Of a stretch of DNA of 64,000 nucleotides, positions 28,816 through 38,391 are shown piece by piece. The notes beneath the pieces were generated by a model that was not told the origin of the DNA, made no database searches, and was given only the letters and a program-made list of their open reading frames with translations. Position 1 is the stretch's first letter. Every line of letters begins with the position of its first letter. A program made the translations under genes and the position numbers. Source of the DNA: a virus; the IMG/VR virus record IMGVR_UViG_3300021375_000017, positions 28,002 to 92,001 of that record; one strand, 5' to 3'.

Positions 28816-30006
28816 ATGCAGTACGATTTCGTAGCAAGTAAAGAGTATAATAATGATAATAAGACTATTCAGGGAATGACAGTCTTCAATACCGAACAGG
28901 TCAATACCAAGAAACAACCAATGTTTTTTGGTAAACCACTTGGTATTCAAAGATATGATTCGTACAAGTATCCAGTTTTTGAGAAACTAACAACTCAACA
29001 ACTGGGGTATTTCTGGAGACCAGAGGAAGTTTCTCTCCAGAAAGATAGAGCAGACTATCAATTACTTCGTCCAGAACAGAAACATATCTATACTTCTAAC
29101 CTGAAGTACCAGATTATGTTGGACTCTGTTCAGGGTCGTGGCCCTGGTATGGCATTCATTCCTTACTGTTCCTTACCTGAATTGGAAGCTTGTATGGAAG
29201 TCTGGGGATTTATGGAGATGATCCATAGCCGTTCCTACACATACATCATTAAGAATGTGTATCCTGATCCTAGTGATATCTTTGATCATATTATCAATGA
29301 CCCACGTATCCTTGAAAGGGCTTCAAGTGTTACTGAGTCCTATGATGACTTTATTAATAGTGCCCAACAATGGGGTAACGGTAATATGTGGAAAGAAGAT
29401 TTCCGTGACACATATGCATCCAAAGAAGATATCAAAAATGTCAAAAGAAAACTCTATAGAGCAGTTGCAAACGTAAATATTCTTGAGGGTATCAGGTTCT
29501 ACGTTAGTTTTGCTTGTTCTTTCGCCTTTGGTGAACTTAAACTCATGGAAGGATCTTCCAAAATCATTTCACTAATTGCAAGAGATGAGAACCAACACCT
29601 AGCCATTACTCAGAATATCCTGAACAAGTGGAAAGATGGTGATGATCCTGAGATGAAACAGATTGCCAAGGAAGAAGAAGAGTGGGTCTACGCAATGTTT
29701 GACCGTGCAGTAAACGAAGAGAAGAAGTGGGCAGACTATCTGTTCCGTGATGGATCAATGATTGGTTTGAACGATGTTCTTCTTCAAAGATATGTTGAGT
29801 GGATTGCTAATCGCCGTATGAAGGCTATTGGTTTGAAACCTGTGTATGATGTTGCTGCTAAGAACAATCCTCTTCCCTGGACACAACATTGGATCTCTTC
29901 TAAGGGTCTTCAGGTTGCGCCCCAGCAAACTCAAGTGCAGTCGTATGTGGTTGGTGGAATTAAACAAGATGTCAGTAAAGATACATTTTCTGATTTTAAA
30001 CTTTAA
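28816..30006 (+). CDS. nrdB: ribonucleotide reductase beta subunit
   Basis: FWRPEE, E.IHSRSY, EGIRFY.SF, DE..H. Confidence 0.98.
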   Translation: MQYDFVASKEYNNDNKTIQGMTVFNTEQVNTKKQPMFFGKPLGIQRYDSYKYPVFEKLTTQQLGYFWRPEEVSLQKDRADYQLLRPEQKHIYTSNLKYQIMLDSVQGRGPGMAFIPYCSLPELEACMEVWGFMEMIHSRSYTYIIKNVYPDPSDIFDHIINDPRILERASSVTESYDDFINSAQQWGNGNMWKEDFRDTYASKEDIKNVKRKLYRAVANVNILEGIRFYVSFACSFAFGELKLMEGSSKIISLIARDENQHLAITQNILNKWKDGDDPEMKQIAKEEEEWVYAMFDRAVNEEKKWADYLFRDGSMIGLNDVLLQRYVEWIANRRMKAIGLKPVYDVAAKNNPLPWTQHWISSKGLQVAPQQTQVQSYVVGGIKQDVSKDTFSDFKL

Positions 30007-30011
30007 TTGAC

Positions 30012-30063
30012 TTTAAGACTGAAATGTAGTATTATATAAATATTATTAGAGTTCAGTCTTAAA
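30012..30063 (+). promoter_or_regulatory. RBS-sequestering hairpin enclosing a late promoter
   Basis: tttaagactgaa...ttcagtcttaaa 12-bp stem ending at the ATG; TATAAATA at 30035. Confidence 0.7.
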
Positions 30064-30684
30064 ATGAATAATTATATTCTTTATTATTACTTAAGGGAGG
30101 ACTTCGGTTCCCCCTTTTATGTTGGTTATGGAAAACCGAGAAGAATTAATTCCAGACACTCTAGAAGAAATGGTGCTGAAATTTTACCACATAGAGAGAG
30201 GAGATGGATTGTAAAATCTGGTTTATCTAAAGAAGAAGCAATAGAACTTGAGATAAAACATATAGCACTCTGGAAAAGAGAATGTGATGGTGGTGTATTG
30301 TTAAATCAAAATCTTGGTGGAGAAGGAAAACCTGGAGGACAAAAAACAAAAGGTTTTAGTGGTAGAAAGCACACTGAAGAAGCAAAGAAAAAAATAAGTG
30401 AAAAAGTTGCAGGAAAAAATAATCCAAGTTATGGTGTTCCTTGTAGTAAAGAACGAAAAAGAAAAATAAGTGAAAGAGCAAAAGAAAGATTTGCCGAAGG
30501 ATTTAAATCTCCTTCATCAGTAACTTATCTTTTAACAAGTCATTCTAAAGAAAAATTTAAGGTATTTGGAGAACTTAAAAAGTTTTGTAAGTCTCAAAAT
30601 ATTTCATACGCAACGATGCGCGCAGCAATTCTTTATGATAGAAAAGGTCCTAGAAGAAATGGATGGAGTATTGAGAAAATTTAG
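30064..30684 (+). mobile_element. GIY-YIG-like homing endonuclease
   Basis: YYYLRED...FYVGYG, N.NLGGEG, HTEEAKKKIS. Confidence 0.8.
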
Positions 30685-31072
30685 GATATCATTACCAGAA
30701 GATAAGTGTGTGATAAAACTTCAGGAATATTGTAAGTTTTCTTATACTCTTTTAAAAGTTCCTGTAGTATCTAAGCCTTTATGCGCTGGCGCAAACTGCC
30801 ACAATAATGTAAATCATTATGGGAATACTTATGGTGGAGAAAAAATAAGCGGTTATTATTTAATTACAGATATTGATGATGAAACTTATGGATGTGCTAT
30901 ATACCATAGTATTTGGAAAAATACTTATGGAGACTTAATAGACATAACACCATTTGATGATGGAAGAGAATATAATATGTTTTCTGTGTTGGATGATACC
31001 GATTATTACTCTGGAGTTGTTTATGATGGAAAAGATTATAAATTATTAGAACCCGGACTTAATATTGTTTAA
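30659..31072 (+). CDS. hypothetical protein (start uncertain)
   Basis: CH.NV...H.IW...DITP, a possible Cys-His-Asp triad. Confidence 0.55.
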   Translation: MDGVLRKFRISLPEDKCVIKLQEYCKFSYTLLKVPVVSKPLCAGANCHNNVNHYGNTYGGEKISGYYLITDIDDETYGCAIYHSIWKNTYGDLIDITPFDDGREYNMFSVLDDTDYYSGVVYDGKDYKLLEPGLNIV

Positions 31073-31183
31073 GATGTCAAAAAAGACACGTTCTCAGGAT
31101 TCCAACTCTAAGGTTAAGGCCAAGAGACAGGATGATTGGTGGTTCCATGAGGAGCCACTAAATACCACAGATACAATGGATAT

Positions 31184-31627
31184 GTGTGTGATTACGAAAA
31201 TCCGTGGTTGTTTCAAGGACAACCTTTTCTATCTGAGGATATTGGTGATTCTTTCGGCTTTGTCTATAGGATTACAAACCTCAAGAATGGTAGAAAATAC
31301 ATCGGGCGAAAGTACTTTTGGTCCAAACGAAAGCCTAGAGCTACAGTTAAGAACAAGTCAAGGCGAAGAGTTACAACTGAAAGTGACTGGAAAAAATACT
31401 ACGGAAGTTGTCCAGAGCTTAAGGACGATCTTACAAAGTATGGAAAGGAATCTTTTAGTAGAGAGATCATCTCACTCCATGTAACACTGGGAAAGGTAAA
31501 CTTTGAGGAGACCCGTCAGTTGTTTCTGAATGAGGTTCTGTCCCAAAAGTTGACAGATGAGACTCCTTTGTATTATAATTCCAACATCCTTGGTCGGTAC
31601 TACCGCAAGGATTATTTTAACAAGTAA
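31184..31627 (+). CDS. conserved GIY-YIG nuclease-like protein
   Basis: GFVYRITN...KYIGRK...YYGS...E...YNSNI. Confidence 0.75.
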   Translation: MCDYENPWLFQGQPFLSEDIGDSFGFVYRITNLKNGRKYIGRKYFWSKRKPRATVKNKSRRRVTTESDWKKYYGSCPELKDDLTKYGKESFSREIISLHVTLGKVNFEETRQLFLNEVLSQKLTDETPLYYNSNILGRYYRKDYFNK

Positions 31628-31641
31628 ACTGATTTGGATTA

Positions 31642-32265
31642 ATGATTAAGAAAATTTTTATGGGGTTGGTTAGTGTCACTACCCTTACTACAGCATGTGT
31701 GGCATCAACAAACCTTGATAAAGAGCTTAATGACATTACAGGAACTGCTCCTACCATAGAAGGTGTAGAGGAAACACCTACAGAGGAATTGGTAAAGGTA
31801 GAAAAAACCTGGAACTGTCCTACATGTTCTCCCAATGAACAATATGTTCTTAAGAAACTTCAGGAATATACTAAAATTAGTGATCGTAATGCTCTTGCAA
31901 CGATCATGGGAAACATTAAATCAGAATCAAACTTTCGTGCCAACATCTGTGAAGGTGGTGCCCGTGTCTCCTACACTGAATGTAAGTCTGGTGGATTTGG
32001 ATTGATTCAGTGGACTAGTATCGGACGGTATAAAGGTCTCGGAAATTTCTGTGCTAGATATCAGTGTGATCCTAGTAGTTTAGAAGGTCAAGTTCGTTGG
32101 ATGGTTAATGAACCAATCTTCCAACGTGTCCTCCCTGAGTTTGAAGGACATGGAGATACTATTCCTCAGTATATGTCACATGCATATTACTGGTTAGGAT
32201 GGGGGATCAAAGGATATCGTGAACAGTATGCATATGATTATAGTAAGAAAATGGTATTGATATAA
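31642..32265 (+). CDS. phage tail-lysozyme-like peptidoglycan hydrolase with a signal/lipobox
   Basis: IMGNI..ES.F, G.GLIQWT; N-terminal hydrophobic stretch ending LTTAC. Confidence 0.7.
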   Translation: MIKKIFMGLVSVTTLTTACVASTNLDKELNDITGTAPTIEGVEETPTEELVKVEKTWNCPTCSPNEQYVLKKLQEYTKISDRNALATIMGNIKSESNFRANICEGGARVSYTECKSGGFGLIQWTSIGRYKGLGNFCARYQCDPSSLEGQVRWMVNEPIFQRVLPEFEGHGDTIPQYMSHAYYWLGWGIKGYREQYAYDYSKKMVLI

Positions 32266-32274
32266 CTGAGTCAC

Positions 32275-32303
32275 TTGACAAAGACCTCAGAGTAGTCTAT
32301 ATT
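32275..32303 (+). promoter_or_regulatory. sigma70-like promoter for the RNA/tRNA cluster
   Basis: TTGACA - 17 bp - TATATT. Confidence 0.6.
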
Positions 32304-32307
32304 ATAA

Positions 32308-32375
32308 GGGTGGTTGAGAGACCACTGCGGTGATCCCCTTGGTAGTTCAGGATTAGCGGCGATAGGAACTACCAC
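32308..32375 (+). ncRNA. candidate structured RNA upstream of the tRNAs
   Basis: Stems gtggt/accac and ggtagttc/gaactacc; possible tgatcc/ggatta pseudoknot. Confidence 0.4.
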
Positions 32376-32377
32376 TT

Positions 32378-32450
32378 GCCCCGTTAGCTCAGGAGACAGA
32401 GCACGTTCCTTCTAAGAATGCGGTCGGGGGTGCGAATCCTCCACGGGGCG
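32378..32450 (+). tRNA. tRNA-Arg(TCT)
   Basis: Acceptor GCCCCGT/ACGGGGC; anticodon loop ctTCTaa; T-loop variant GTGCGAAT. Confidence 0.85.
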
Positions 32451-32454
32451 TCAT

Positions 32455-32527
32455 TGACCTATAGCTCAGTTGGTAGAGCGCGGAACTGTTAATTCTGTTG
32501 TCCTAGGTTCGAGTCCTAGTGGGTCAG
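32455..32527 (+). tRNA. tRNA-Asn(GTT)
   Basis: TGACCTA/TGGGTCA acceptor; ctGTTaa; GGTTCGAGTCC. Confidence 0.92.
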
Positions 32528-32542
32528 TTGTTTTTTATTTTT

Positions 32543-32749
32543 ATGAGTCTTCCAGAATATTCATTTGGTGGTCGTCCAGTAGAGTCCACGAATCTCCTTC
32601 TACTTATTAGTGAGATGGAGGGTACATATCAACACCTTAAGTACATGGGGTTTGAGGATGATATGAATACTCTTGATGAGATGAAGAAGAGATACTACAA
32701 ACTTTATTTTAGAACAAAGAAGAATGAAGCCATTCAAAATTCTAACTGA
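32543..32749 (+). CDS. hypothetical protein
   Basis: ORF. Confidence 0.6.
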   Translation: MSLPEYSFGGRPVESTNLLLLISEMEGTYQHLKYMGFEDDMNTLDEMKKRYYKLYFRTKKNEAIQNSN

Positions 32750-33299
32750 CGATTACTTTGTAGGAAACTTTGGATCTGTTGATGCCTCTGATGAAGTATT
32801 AAGATGCTGTAAAAGAAATTTTCCTGATGATGATAAACTAGATTCTGGAGCACTTCGTGGCGAATCAGTGGTAGATGAGAGACTTAGGAAATGTAAGACC
32901 AAAGGTATTAGTATAAGTCAAGTCAACTTTATTGAACAAGGACTGAGGAAGGCTATCATCTATATTAATGATATGAAGTGGAAGATGGATCTTAAACATG
33001 AGTGGGAGTCATCTATACAATACACTAGGTATATTGGTAAAGGAGATTTTTATGGTTGGCACAAAGACAACTCTGAATCTGCAAGTAGTATAGGTGATAG
33101 GAGACTTTCTATTGTGTATTGTTTAAGTTATGAGAAAGATTATACTGGTGCAGAGTTTGAAATAAAGGAAAGTAATGGTAATATATACAGAAGAAAGTTT
33201 GATTATGGAGACTTTATTGTCTTCCCTTCAGACAAACTACATAGAGTGAATCCTTTAAAGTCTGGAAACAGAACAACCTTAGTTGGTTGGTACATGTAG
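32724..33299 (+). CDS. 2OG-Fe(II) oxygenase (prolyl 4-hydroxylase-like)
   Basis: YGWHKD, RRLS, VFPS..LHRV.P..SG.R.TLVGW. Confidence 0.88.
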   Translation: MKPFKILTDDYFVGNFGSVDASDEVLRCCKRNFPDDDKLDSGALRGESVVDERLRKCKTKGISISQVNFIEQGLRKAIIYINDMKWKMDLKHEWESSIQYTRYIGKGDFYGWHKDNSESASSIGDRRLSIVYCLSYEKDYTGAEFEIKESNGNIYRRKFDYGDFIVFPSDKLHRVNPLKSGNRTTLVGWYM

Positions 33300-33322
33300 A
33301 GTCCATTTATCATACAAAAATT

Positions 33323-33985
33323 ATGAAAAAATTATTTGCTGCACTATTGTCATCAGTGGTTCTTACTACTCCAGTGATGGCTGACCCTGAAGTGAAGGGT
33401 TGGAAGACACATGACTCTATGGGATGTATGTTGCTTGGGGAATGTACTGATGATATTCAACAAGTCAGATCAATTAGAGACATTCAAAAGTATTATCCTA
33501 GTGATAGTTATAGTAATGTCGCTTCTGAGTTTGATTCAATTGTCCGGGCCCTTGATCAGATCGGAGTTAAAGTTTTTCTAGCGGATGAGAAATACTTTCC
33601 ACCAGGTCATAGGGGTGTATATCATACAGTAACTAACAACTTTTTCCTCAACACTAACTTCATGCACAAAGAAGGTGTATTGATGAGTGTGATGAGACAT
33701 GAAGGTTGGCATGCTGCTCAAGACTGTATGGCAGGAACCATTGATAACAGTATGATTGCTATCATTCTTCCAGAAGAAGAGATTCCTGCTATCTGGAGAG
33801 AGATGGCAGAGAGAACATATCCGGCATCAGCAGTACCATGGGAATCTGAAGCAGGTTGGGCAGGTAGAACTGAAGCAGTAACCGCAAATGCACTTGCCGC
33901 ATGTGCTAGGGGTTCTATGTGGACAGAGTATGAACCTACCCCAATGACGAGGGAATGGTTAGTTGAGAATGGATATATCAAATGA
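33323..33985 (+). CDS. secreted HExxH metallopeptidase-like protein
   Basis: Signal peptide; RHEGWH...E. Confidence 0.6.
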   Translation: MKKLFAALLSSVVLTTPVMADPEVKGWKTHDSMGCMLLGECTDDIQQVRSIRDIQKYYPSDSYSNVASEFDSIVRALDQIGVKVFLADEKYFPPGHRGVYHTVTNNFFLNTNFMHKEGVLMSVMRHEGWHAAQDCMAGTIDNSMIAIILPEEEIPAIWREMAERTYPASAVPWESEAGWAGRTEAVTANALAACARGSMWTEYEPTPMTREWLVENGYIK

Positions 33986-34021
33986 TTAAAGAATTTACTT
34001 TAGTAAAGAGGTTATACTATC

Positions 34022-34270
34022 ATGTTGGTAGTAAGATGCAAACAATGTAACACGGAGATCCATAGCACTAACAAAACACAGTCGTGCGGATGTCCTAACA
34101 TGATGACAGTCATTGGAGAAAAGATTTCTGCAGTTGACTTAAACAAAGTCATCATGTTAAATTCACAGAAGAACACTAAACAAAAAGATGTTCTGTCTTC
34201 TCAAGACTTGATGTATCAAGAGGAGAGAAGAAGCCGAAAGGTAAAAAAACTTGATTTTGAAATTAGGTGA
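34022..34270 (+). CDS. zinc-ribbon hypothetical protein
   Basis: CKQC...CGC. Confidence 0.65.
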   Translation: MLVVRCKQCNTEIHSTNKTQSCGCPNMMTVIGEKISAVDLNKVIMLNSQKNTKQKDVLSSQDLMYQEERRSRKVKKLDFEIR

Positions 34271-34272
34271 TT

Positions 34273-34434
34273 ATGTCTCATAACTGTATTACCGAAAAAC
34301 AGTGTCAGGAGATGATCGATAAAGCAATCGATAAACACAACAAAACTGCCTCACTCATTAGTGCTTGTATAGGTTCAGTATTACTGTTCTTCTATGCTCA
34401 AGGACTCTTGATTGTGGTAGGATTGTGGAAATAA
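34273..34434 (+). CDS. small membrane protein (53 aa)
   Basis: Hand translation MSHNCITEKQCQEMIDKAIDKHN...; AGGTG RBS. Confidence 0.55.
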   Translation: MSHNCITEKQCQEMIDKAIDKHNKTASLISACIGSVLLFFYAQGLLIVVGLWK

Positions 34435-34456
34435 TAATCATATACATATTACAAGA

Positions 34457-34624
34457 ATGAAATTTTATTCCGTGGAACACTGGCAAGAGAACTGGGAAGA
34501 ACTAATCTCAAAGGTTGAGAATGGTGAGTCAATAGGAATAACAAATGGAAAACATAGAGCAGTGATGGTTCCTGCAGATGAAGAAATTATAAGAATTCAT
34601 ACTGAACATAATGACGCGTCGTAA
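34457..34624 (+). CDS. Phd/YefM-like small protein (55 aa)
   Basis: Hand translation ...NWEELISKVENGESIGITNGKHRAVMVP. Confidence 0.5.
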   Translation: MKFYSVEHWQENWEELISKVENGESIGITNGKHRAVMVPADEEIIRIHTEHNDAS

Positions 34625-34958
34625 GAATAGATCATATAAAAGAGTCACAGATGATCGTGAACCAATCACAATCAAACATTCTGATATATGTTATCCAGGG
34701 GCTATCAAAGAGAAACAGGTAGATGATGCTGATACTTCTTATCCTGGTATTGTCATCAAATACGATACTGGATATCTGTTGGAAGATGGTGTTCATAGGA
34801 TAACCAAACTTCAACGTGAAGGTATCTATGAATCTCTTTTCTATGTGGTGACAGTGGAAGAATATAAGACTGGTCTGGTAGAGATGGTCTGTGGTTCTAA
34901 TCGTGTCACACTAGGAGAATGGAGCCATAACAAATTAAACTCACAAACTCATGGGTAA
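34611..34958 (+). CDS. ParB/Srx-like small protein
   Basis: YP.IV...LEDGVHRI. Confidence 0.5.
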   Translation: MTRRKNRSYKRVTDDREPITIKHSDICYPGAIKEKQVDDADTSYPGIVIKYDTGYLLEDGVHRITKLQREGIYESLFYVVTVEEYKTGLVEMVCGSNRVTLGEWSHNKLNSQTHG

Positions 34959-35553
34959 GTCAAGAACAATTTCAAAAATAAACTGGTCTTGGGATTATGG
35001 AAAGGTTGTAAGTGAAATAACTTGTACTGATGGTATAACCCAAATCAGAAATAATGATAAGAGACCACCAACATATCCTGCCCATGATATCGCACATTTC
35101 ATATGTGGATTTCATGAGGACTATGACTGGGATTATTTGTGGGATCAACATTCAGAATCTCTAATAAATGTCAGACTTGCAGAATATAATGCTGTCTTTA
35201 TTGAGAATCTTCTTTACTTTTATATAACAAACAAATATAAAAATAGTCCATGGACCATATTACAACTGGCAGAACCAATAAAGAAACACTTGAACTGGTT
35301 TGTTAAGGACTATTATAAATTTATCACACCAGAACTAAAACTTAGAAAAATATTTTTATCCAAACTAGATGAAAATATAGTCTGTCAACACTATCAGACT
35401 TATCATGATGTCTGTCTACTCCAGTTAAAAACTCCTCCTGGTGAGGATGTGCGAGATATTAAACTGGCACTTACTATGGACTCAAGTCTTGACCAGAAGA
35501 ACACAGAGGTGTATGATTATATCATTGAGATGAAGAGCATCTTGGGGAATTAG
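34951..35553 (+). CDS. hypothetical protein
   Basis: 200-aa ORF; HDIAH motif; 3' end runs into the tRNA. Confidence 0.6.
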   Translation: MGKSRTISKINWSWDYGKVVSEITCTDGITQIRNNDKRPPTYPAHDIAHFICGFHEDYDWDYLWDQHSESLINVRLAEYNAVFIENLLYFYITNKYKNSPWTILQLAEPIKKHLNWFVKDYYKFITPELKLRKIFLSKLDENIVCQHYQTYHDVCLLQLKTPPGEDVRDIKLALTMDSSLDQKNTEVYDYIIEMKSILGN

Positions 35554-35616
35554 CAATCTGGTGAATGCACCGAGCTCATAATTCGGTTAAGGTGGGTTCG
35601 GTCCCCACATTCCCTA
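35544..35616 (+). tRNA. tRNA with CAT anticodon (elongator Met or Ile2)
   Basis: GGGGAAT/ATTCCCT acceptor; ccgag-ctCATaa-ttcgg; GGTTCG. Confidence 0.85.
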
Positions 35617-35645
35617 TTGACATTTCGGTGTCAAACCCTTATAAT
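35617..35645 (+). promoter_or_regulatory. consensus sigma70 promoter
   Basis: TTGACA - 17 bp - TATAAT. Confidence 0.8.
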
Positions 35646-35667
35646 ACTAAGGTCAACAAACAAGCAA

Positions 35668-35883
35668 ATGACTATCACTTCTAAGTTCAAAAAGGATCTT
35701 CAGACTCTACGTGGGGCTGCAAATGGGGACTTCTTCCTGGATGTAAAGAACCCAAAACTTTTTAAAAAAGTTCGTAAGTATTATGATAACAATGGAGTAG
35801 TATTTTCTGGTGATCCTTTGGATGATTATGATATTCTCATCGATTGTATTGCTGCAGATCTAGAAACTGTTGAGGTTGGTTGA
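35668..35883 (+). CDS. conserved cyanophage hypothetical protein
   Basis: ORF after the promoter. Confidence 0.7.
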   Translation: MTITSKFKKDLQTLRGAANGDFFLDVKNPKLFKKVRKYYDNNGVVFSGDPLDDYDILIDCIAADLETVEVG

Positions 35884-36140
35884 TTGTGAAGGTGACTACA
35901 AAACCAACTGTTCTTCTGGAACAGTTTCCCTATCGGTATATTCAGGTCGGTGTATTAGAAATCAATGGTAAACCTGATTGTAGAATTCAGAAAGTGGATT
36001 CATATACCGGTCGTTATAAAGACATTTATCTTTGCGACAACGAAATGCAACTGATGACTGCAATGGAAGATTTTGAATACACTCGCTGGCTTGATCCGGA
36101 TGGGGTTCCTTGTTATGTTAGAGACTCGGTAGGTCGTTAA
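35880..36140 (+). CDS. conserved cyanophage hypothetical protein
   Basis: Coupled ORF. Confidence 0.65.
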   Translation: MIVKVTTKPTVLLEQFPYRYIQVGVLEINGKPDCRIQKVDSYTGRYKDIYLCDNEMQLMTAMEDFEYTRWLDPDGVPCYVRDSVGR

Positions 36141-36212
36141 AGTGTCCTGGTGGAGTCAATAGACCCTTATGGTTTCTTGTTTCCATCTAAAGAACAAGTG
36201 GCGTGCATGAAA
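36122..36212 (+). ncRNA. wcaG-like RNA motif
   Basis: Two UGGYG motifs (TGGTG, TGGCG) and a cttgtt/aacaag stem, upstream of an NAD-dependent epimerase. Confidence 0.6.
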
Positions 36213-36220
36213 GACCTCTG

Positions 36221-36253
36221 AAGGGGATCCTAACAAGGGATCCCCTTTTTTTT
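36221..36253 (+). terminator. intrinsic terminator
   Basis: aaggggatcc/ggatcccctt plus T8. Confidence 0.85.
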
Positions 36254-36285
36254 CTAAATAGGTATAGTTACTAATCTTTGGTAAA

Positions 36286-36594
36286 ATGACATACAAAGGT
36301 ACGGCAGGTAAGTCTGCAAGTGGAGCATCTATGTCAAAGTATGATGTGGAAGTAGAAGCTAGACTTCAGGCACTAGAGTCAGAAACACATACAAAACCAA
36401 CTGGTGCAACACACGCAAAAATTGAAGAGAGACTGGCTGCTCTTGAAGCAGCAGTGACAGAACTTAAGTCTACATCAGCTGTCTCTGCACCATCTGGTAG
36501 TGTTGAAGCACTTATTAAAAGACTGAATGATATTCCTGCAATCACAGAACATTGTACTAAAGATGCTGATGGTGTCAGAAGACTTAAGGTGTGA
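36286..36594 (+). CDS. coiled-coil hypothetical protein
   Basis: SASGASMSKYDVEVEARL. Confidence 0.65.
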   Translation: MTYKGTAGKSASGASMSKYDVEVEARLQALESETHTKPTGATHAKIEERLAALEAAVTELKSTSAVSAPSGSVEALIKRLNDIPAITEHCTKDADGVRRLKV

Positions 36595-36622
36595 TATAAT
36601 AAATTAGTTGTAGTAAAAAATT

Positions 36623-37678
36623 ATGAGTAAATATAATAAGACTGCACTAGTGCTTGGTGCAGGTGGTTTTATTGGTAGTCACATGGTAAAGAGACTACGT
36701 GCAGAAGGATACTGGGTTCGTGGAGTTGATCTCAAGAACCCAGAGTTCACTTCGACTGAAGCAAACGAATTCATTCGAGGAGACTTGCGTGAAGCTGACT
36801 TTGTTCGTCGTGTTCTTCGGTTCAAAGGATATCAAGGGAACTTCTATCATAGTGTTCCTGAAAGACTTCATCTTCCTTTTGATGAGATCTATCAGTTTGC
36901 TGCTGATATGGGTGGTGCAGGTTTTGTTTTCACTGGTGAGAACGACGCAGACATCATGCACAACTCTGTAACTATTAATCTTAATGTTCTTGAATCGCAG
37001 CGTCAATTAAATGACTATAAACAGGTCAATAGAACTAAAATTTTCTACTCTGGTTCTGCTTGCATGTATCCAGAGCACAATCAACTCGATCCAGATAAAC
37101 CTGATTGTCGTGAAGAATCCGCATATCCAGCAGCACCAGACTCAGAATATGGATGGGAGAAACTCTTCTCCGAACGACTATACCTATCTTATAATCGTAA
37201 TCATGGTATTCCTGTTCGGGTTGCTAGGTATCACAATATCTTCGGACCAGAAGGAACCTGGCAAGGTGGAAGAGAGAAGGCTCCAGCTGCTATCTGCAGG
37301 AAAGTTGCTAACCTCCCGCCACAAGGTGGAGCCATCGAAGTGTGGGGAGATGGTTTACAGACTCGTTCCTTCTTGTTCATTGATGAATGCATCGAAGCGA
37401 CTAGAAGAATGATGGACTCTGACTTCATTGGACCAGTGAATATTGGTTCTGAAGAGATGGTGACTATCAATCAACTTGTAGACATTACCGCGAGAGTAGC
37501 AGAGAAGGAAGTTACTAAGATTCATATTGATGGACCTCTAGGTGTTCGCGGTCGTAACTCTAACAATGATCTCATTCGTGAGAAGTTGAGTTGGAATTAT
37601 GAGATGACACTTGAAGAAGGTATCCGGTACACATATTACTGGATTAATGAACAGACCAATATACAGGAGACAAAATAA
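36623..37678 (+). CDS. NAD-dependent epimerase (GDP-mannose 3,5-epimerase-like)
   Basis: GAGGFIG, AADMGG.GF, SACMYP, YGWEK, GGREKAPAA. Confidence 0.92.
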   Translation: MSKYNKTALVLGAGGFIGSHMVKRLRAEGYWVRGVDLKNPEFTSTEANEFIRGDLREADFVRRVLRFKGYQGNFYHSVPERLHLPFDEIYQFAADMGGAGFVFTGENDADIMHNSVTINLNVLESQRQLNDYKQVNRTKIFYSGSACMYPEHNQLDPDKPDCREESAYPAAPDSEYGWEKLFSERLYLSYNRNHGIPVRVARYHNIFGPEGTWQGGREKAPAAICRKVANLPPQGGAIEVWGDGLQTRSFLFIDECIEATRRMMDSDFIGPVNIGSEEMVTINQLVDITARVAEKEVTKIHIDGPLGVRGRNSNNDLIREKLSWNYEMTLEEGIRYTYYWINEQTNIQETK

Positions 37679-38391
37679 TGGCTGGTATCACACATAGTCA
37701 GATTAAAAATCTGATGGCAGGCAGAGATAAAATTACTATATTTGAAATTGGTTGTGCAGATGGTAGAGACACTAAAAAGTTTCTGAATACTTTTGGTCCC
37801 GAACTTACCATCTACACCTTTGATCCTGAACCTATTAATGAGGTATTTGTAACACAACTTGGTCAGAAAGATGCATTTGGTGGTGGCAATGACCAACTGG
37901 CAAATGATGATAGGCATATCTTCCATCCTTATGCGATGTGTGATTATAAAGGAACCATCACATTTAACAGGTCTCAAAACTTAGATGGACCTGGACAAGG
38001 TGAAAATTGGGGTAGATACTCTGGTTCGATTCACCGTCCTGTAACTCACTTAGAAAGTCCTAAGTACGGTAAACGATGGGCTGCATGTATTTTTGAGGAA
38101 ACTGTAGAAGCAAAATGTTCTTCAATTGACATTTTCTGTGAAGAAAATGGTATTGATCATGTTGATTTTGTATGGATGGACACTCAGGGAGCAGAAAGAG
38201 ATGTTCTCAAAGGTGCTCAGAGAATGCTCCCAAACATCGATTATATCTATACTGAGTACTATGATGAAGAGATGTATAAAGATTGTGCAGGATTAGAAGA
38301 GATCAAATCTCTTCTTCCTAACTATGTTCTTGAGCACAATTGGAGATGTGATGATGCTGATGGTGGTGATGTTCTAATGAGGAGAATATGA
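37678..38391 (+). CDS. FkbM-family methyltransferase
   Basis: EIGCADG, WMDTQGAE..VL.G. Confidence 0.85.
   Translation: MAGITHSQIKNLMAGRDKITIFEIGCADGRDTKKFLNTFGPELTIYTFDPEPINEVFVTQLGQKDAFGGGNDQLANDDRHIFHPYAMCDYKGTITFNRSQNLDGPGQGENWGRYSGSIHRPVTHLESPKYGKRWAACIFEETVEAKCSSIDIFCEENGIDHVDFVWMDTQGAERDVLKGAQRMLPNIDYIYTEYYDEEMYKDCAGLEEIKSLLPNYVLEHNWRCDDADGGDVLMRRI

Noticed and set aside
26502-30006. Intein or intron in nrdA/nrdB
   Set aside because: Both are uninterrupted and of normal length, as is gp43.
31065-31484. 139-aa ORF overlapping the GIY-YIG gene
   Set aside because: Mostly an alternative frame of 31184-31627; only the first ~35 codons might be a real small peptide.
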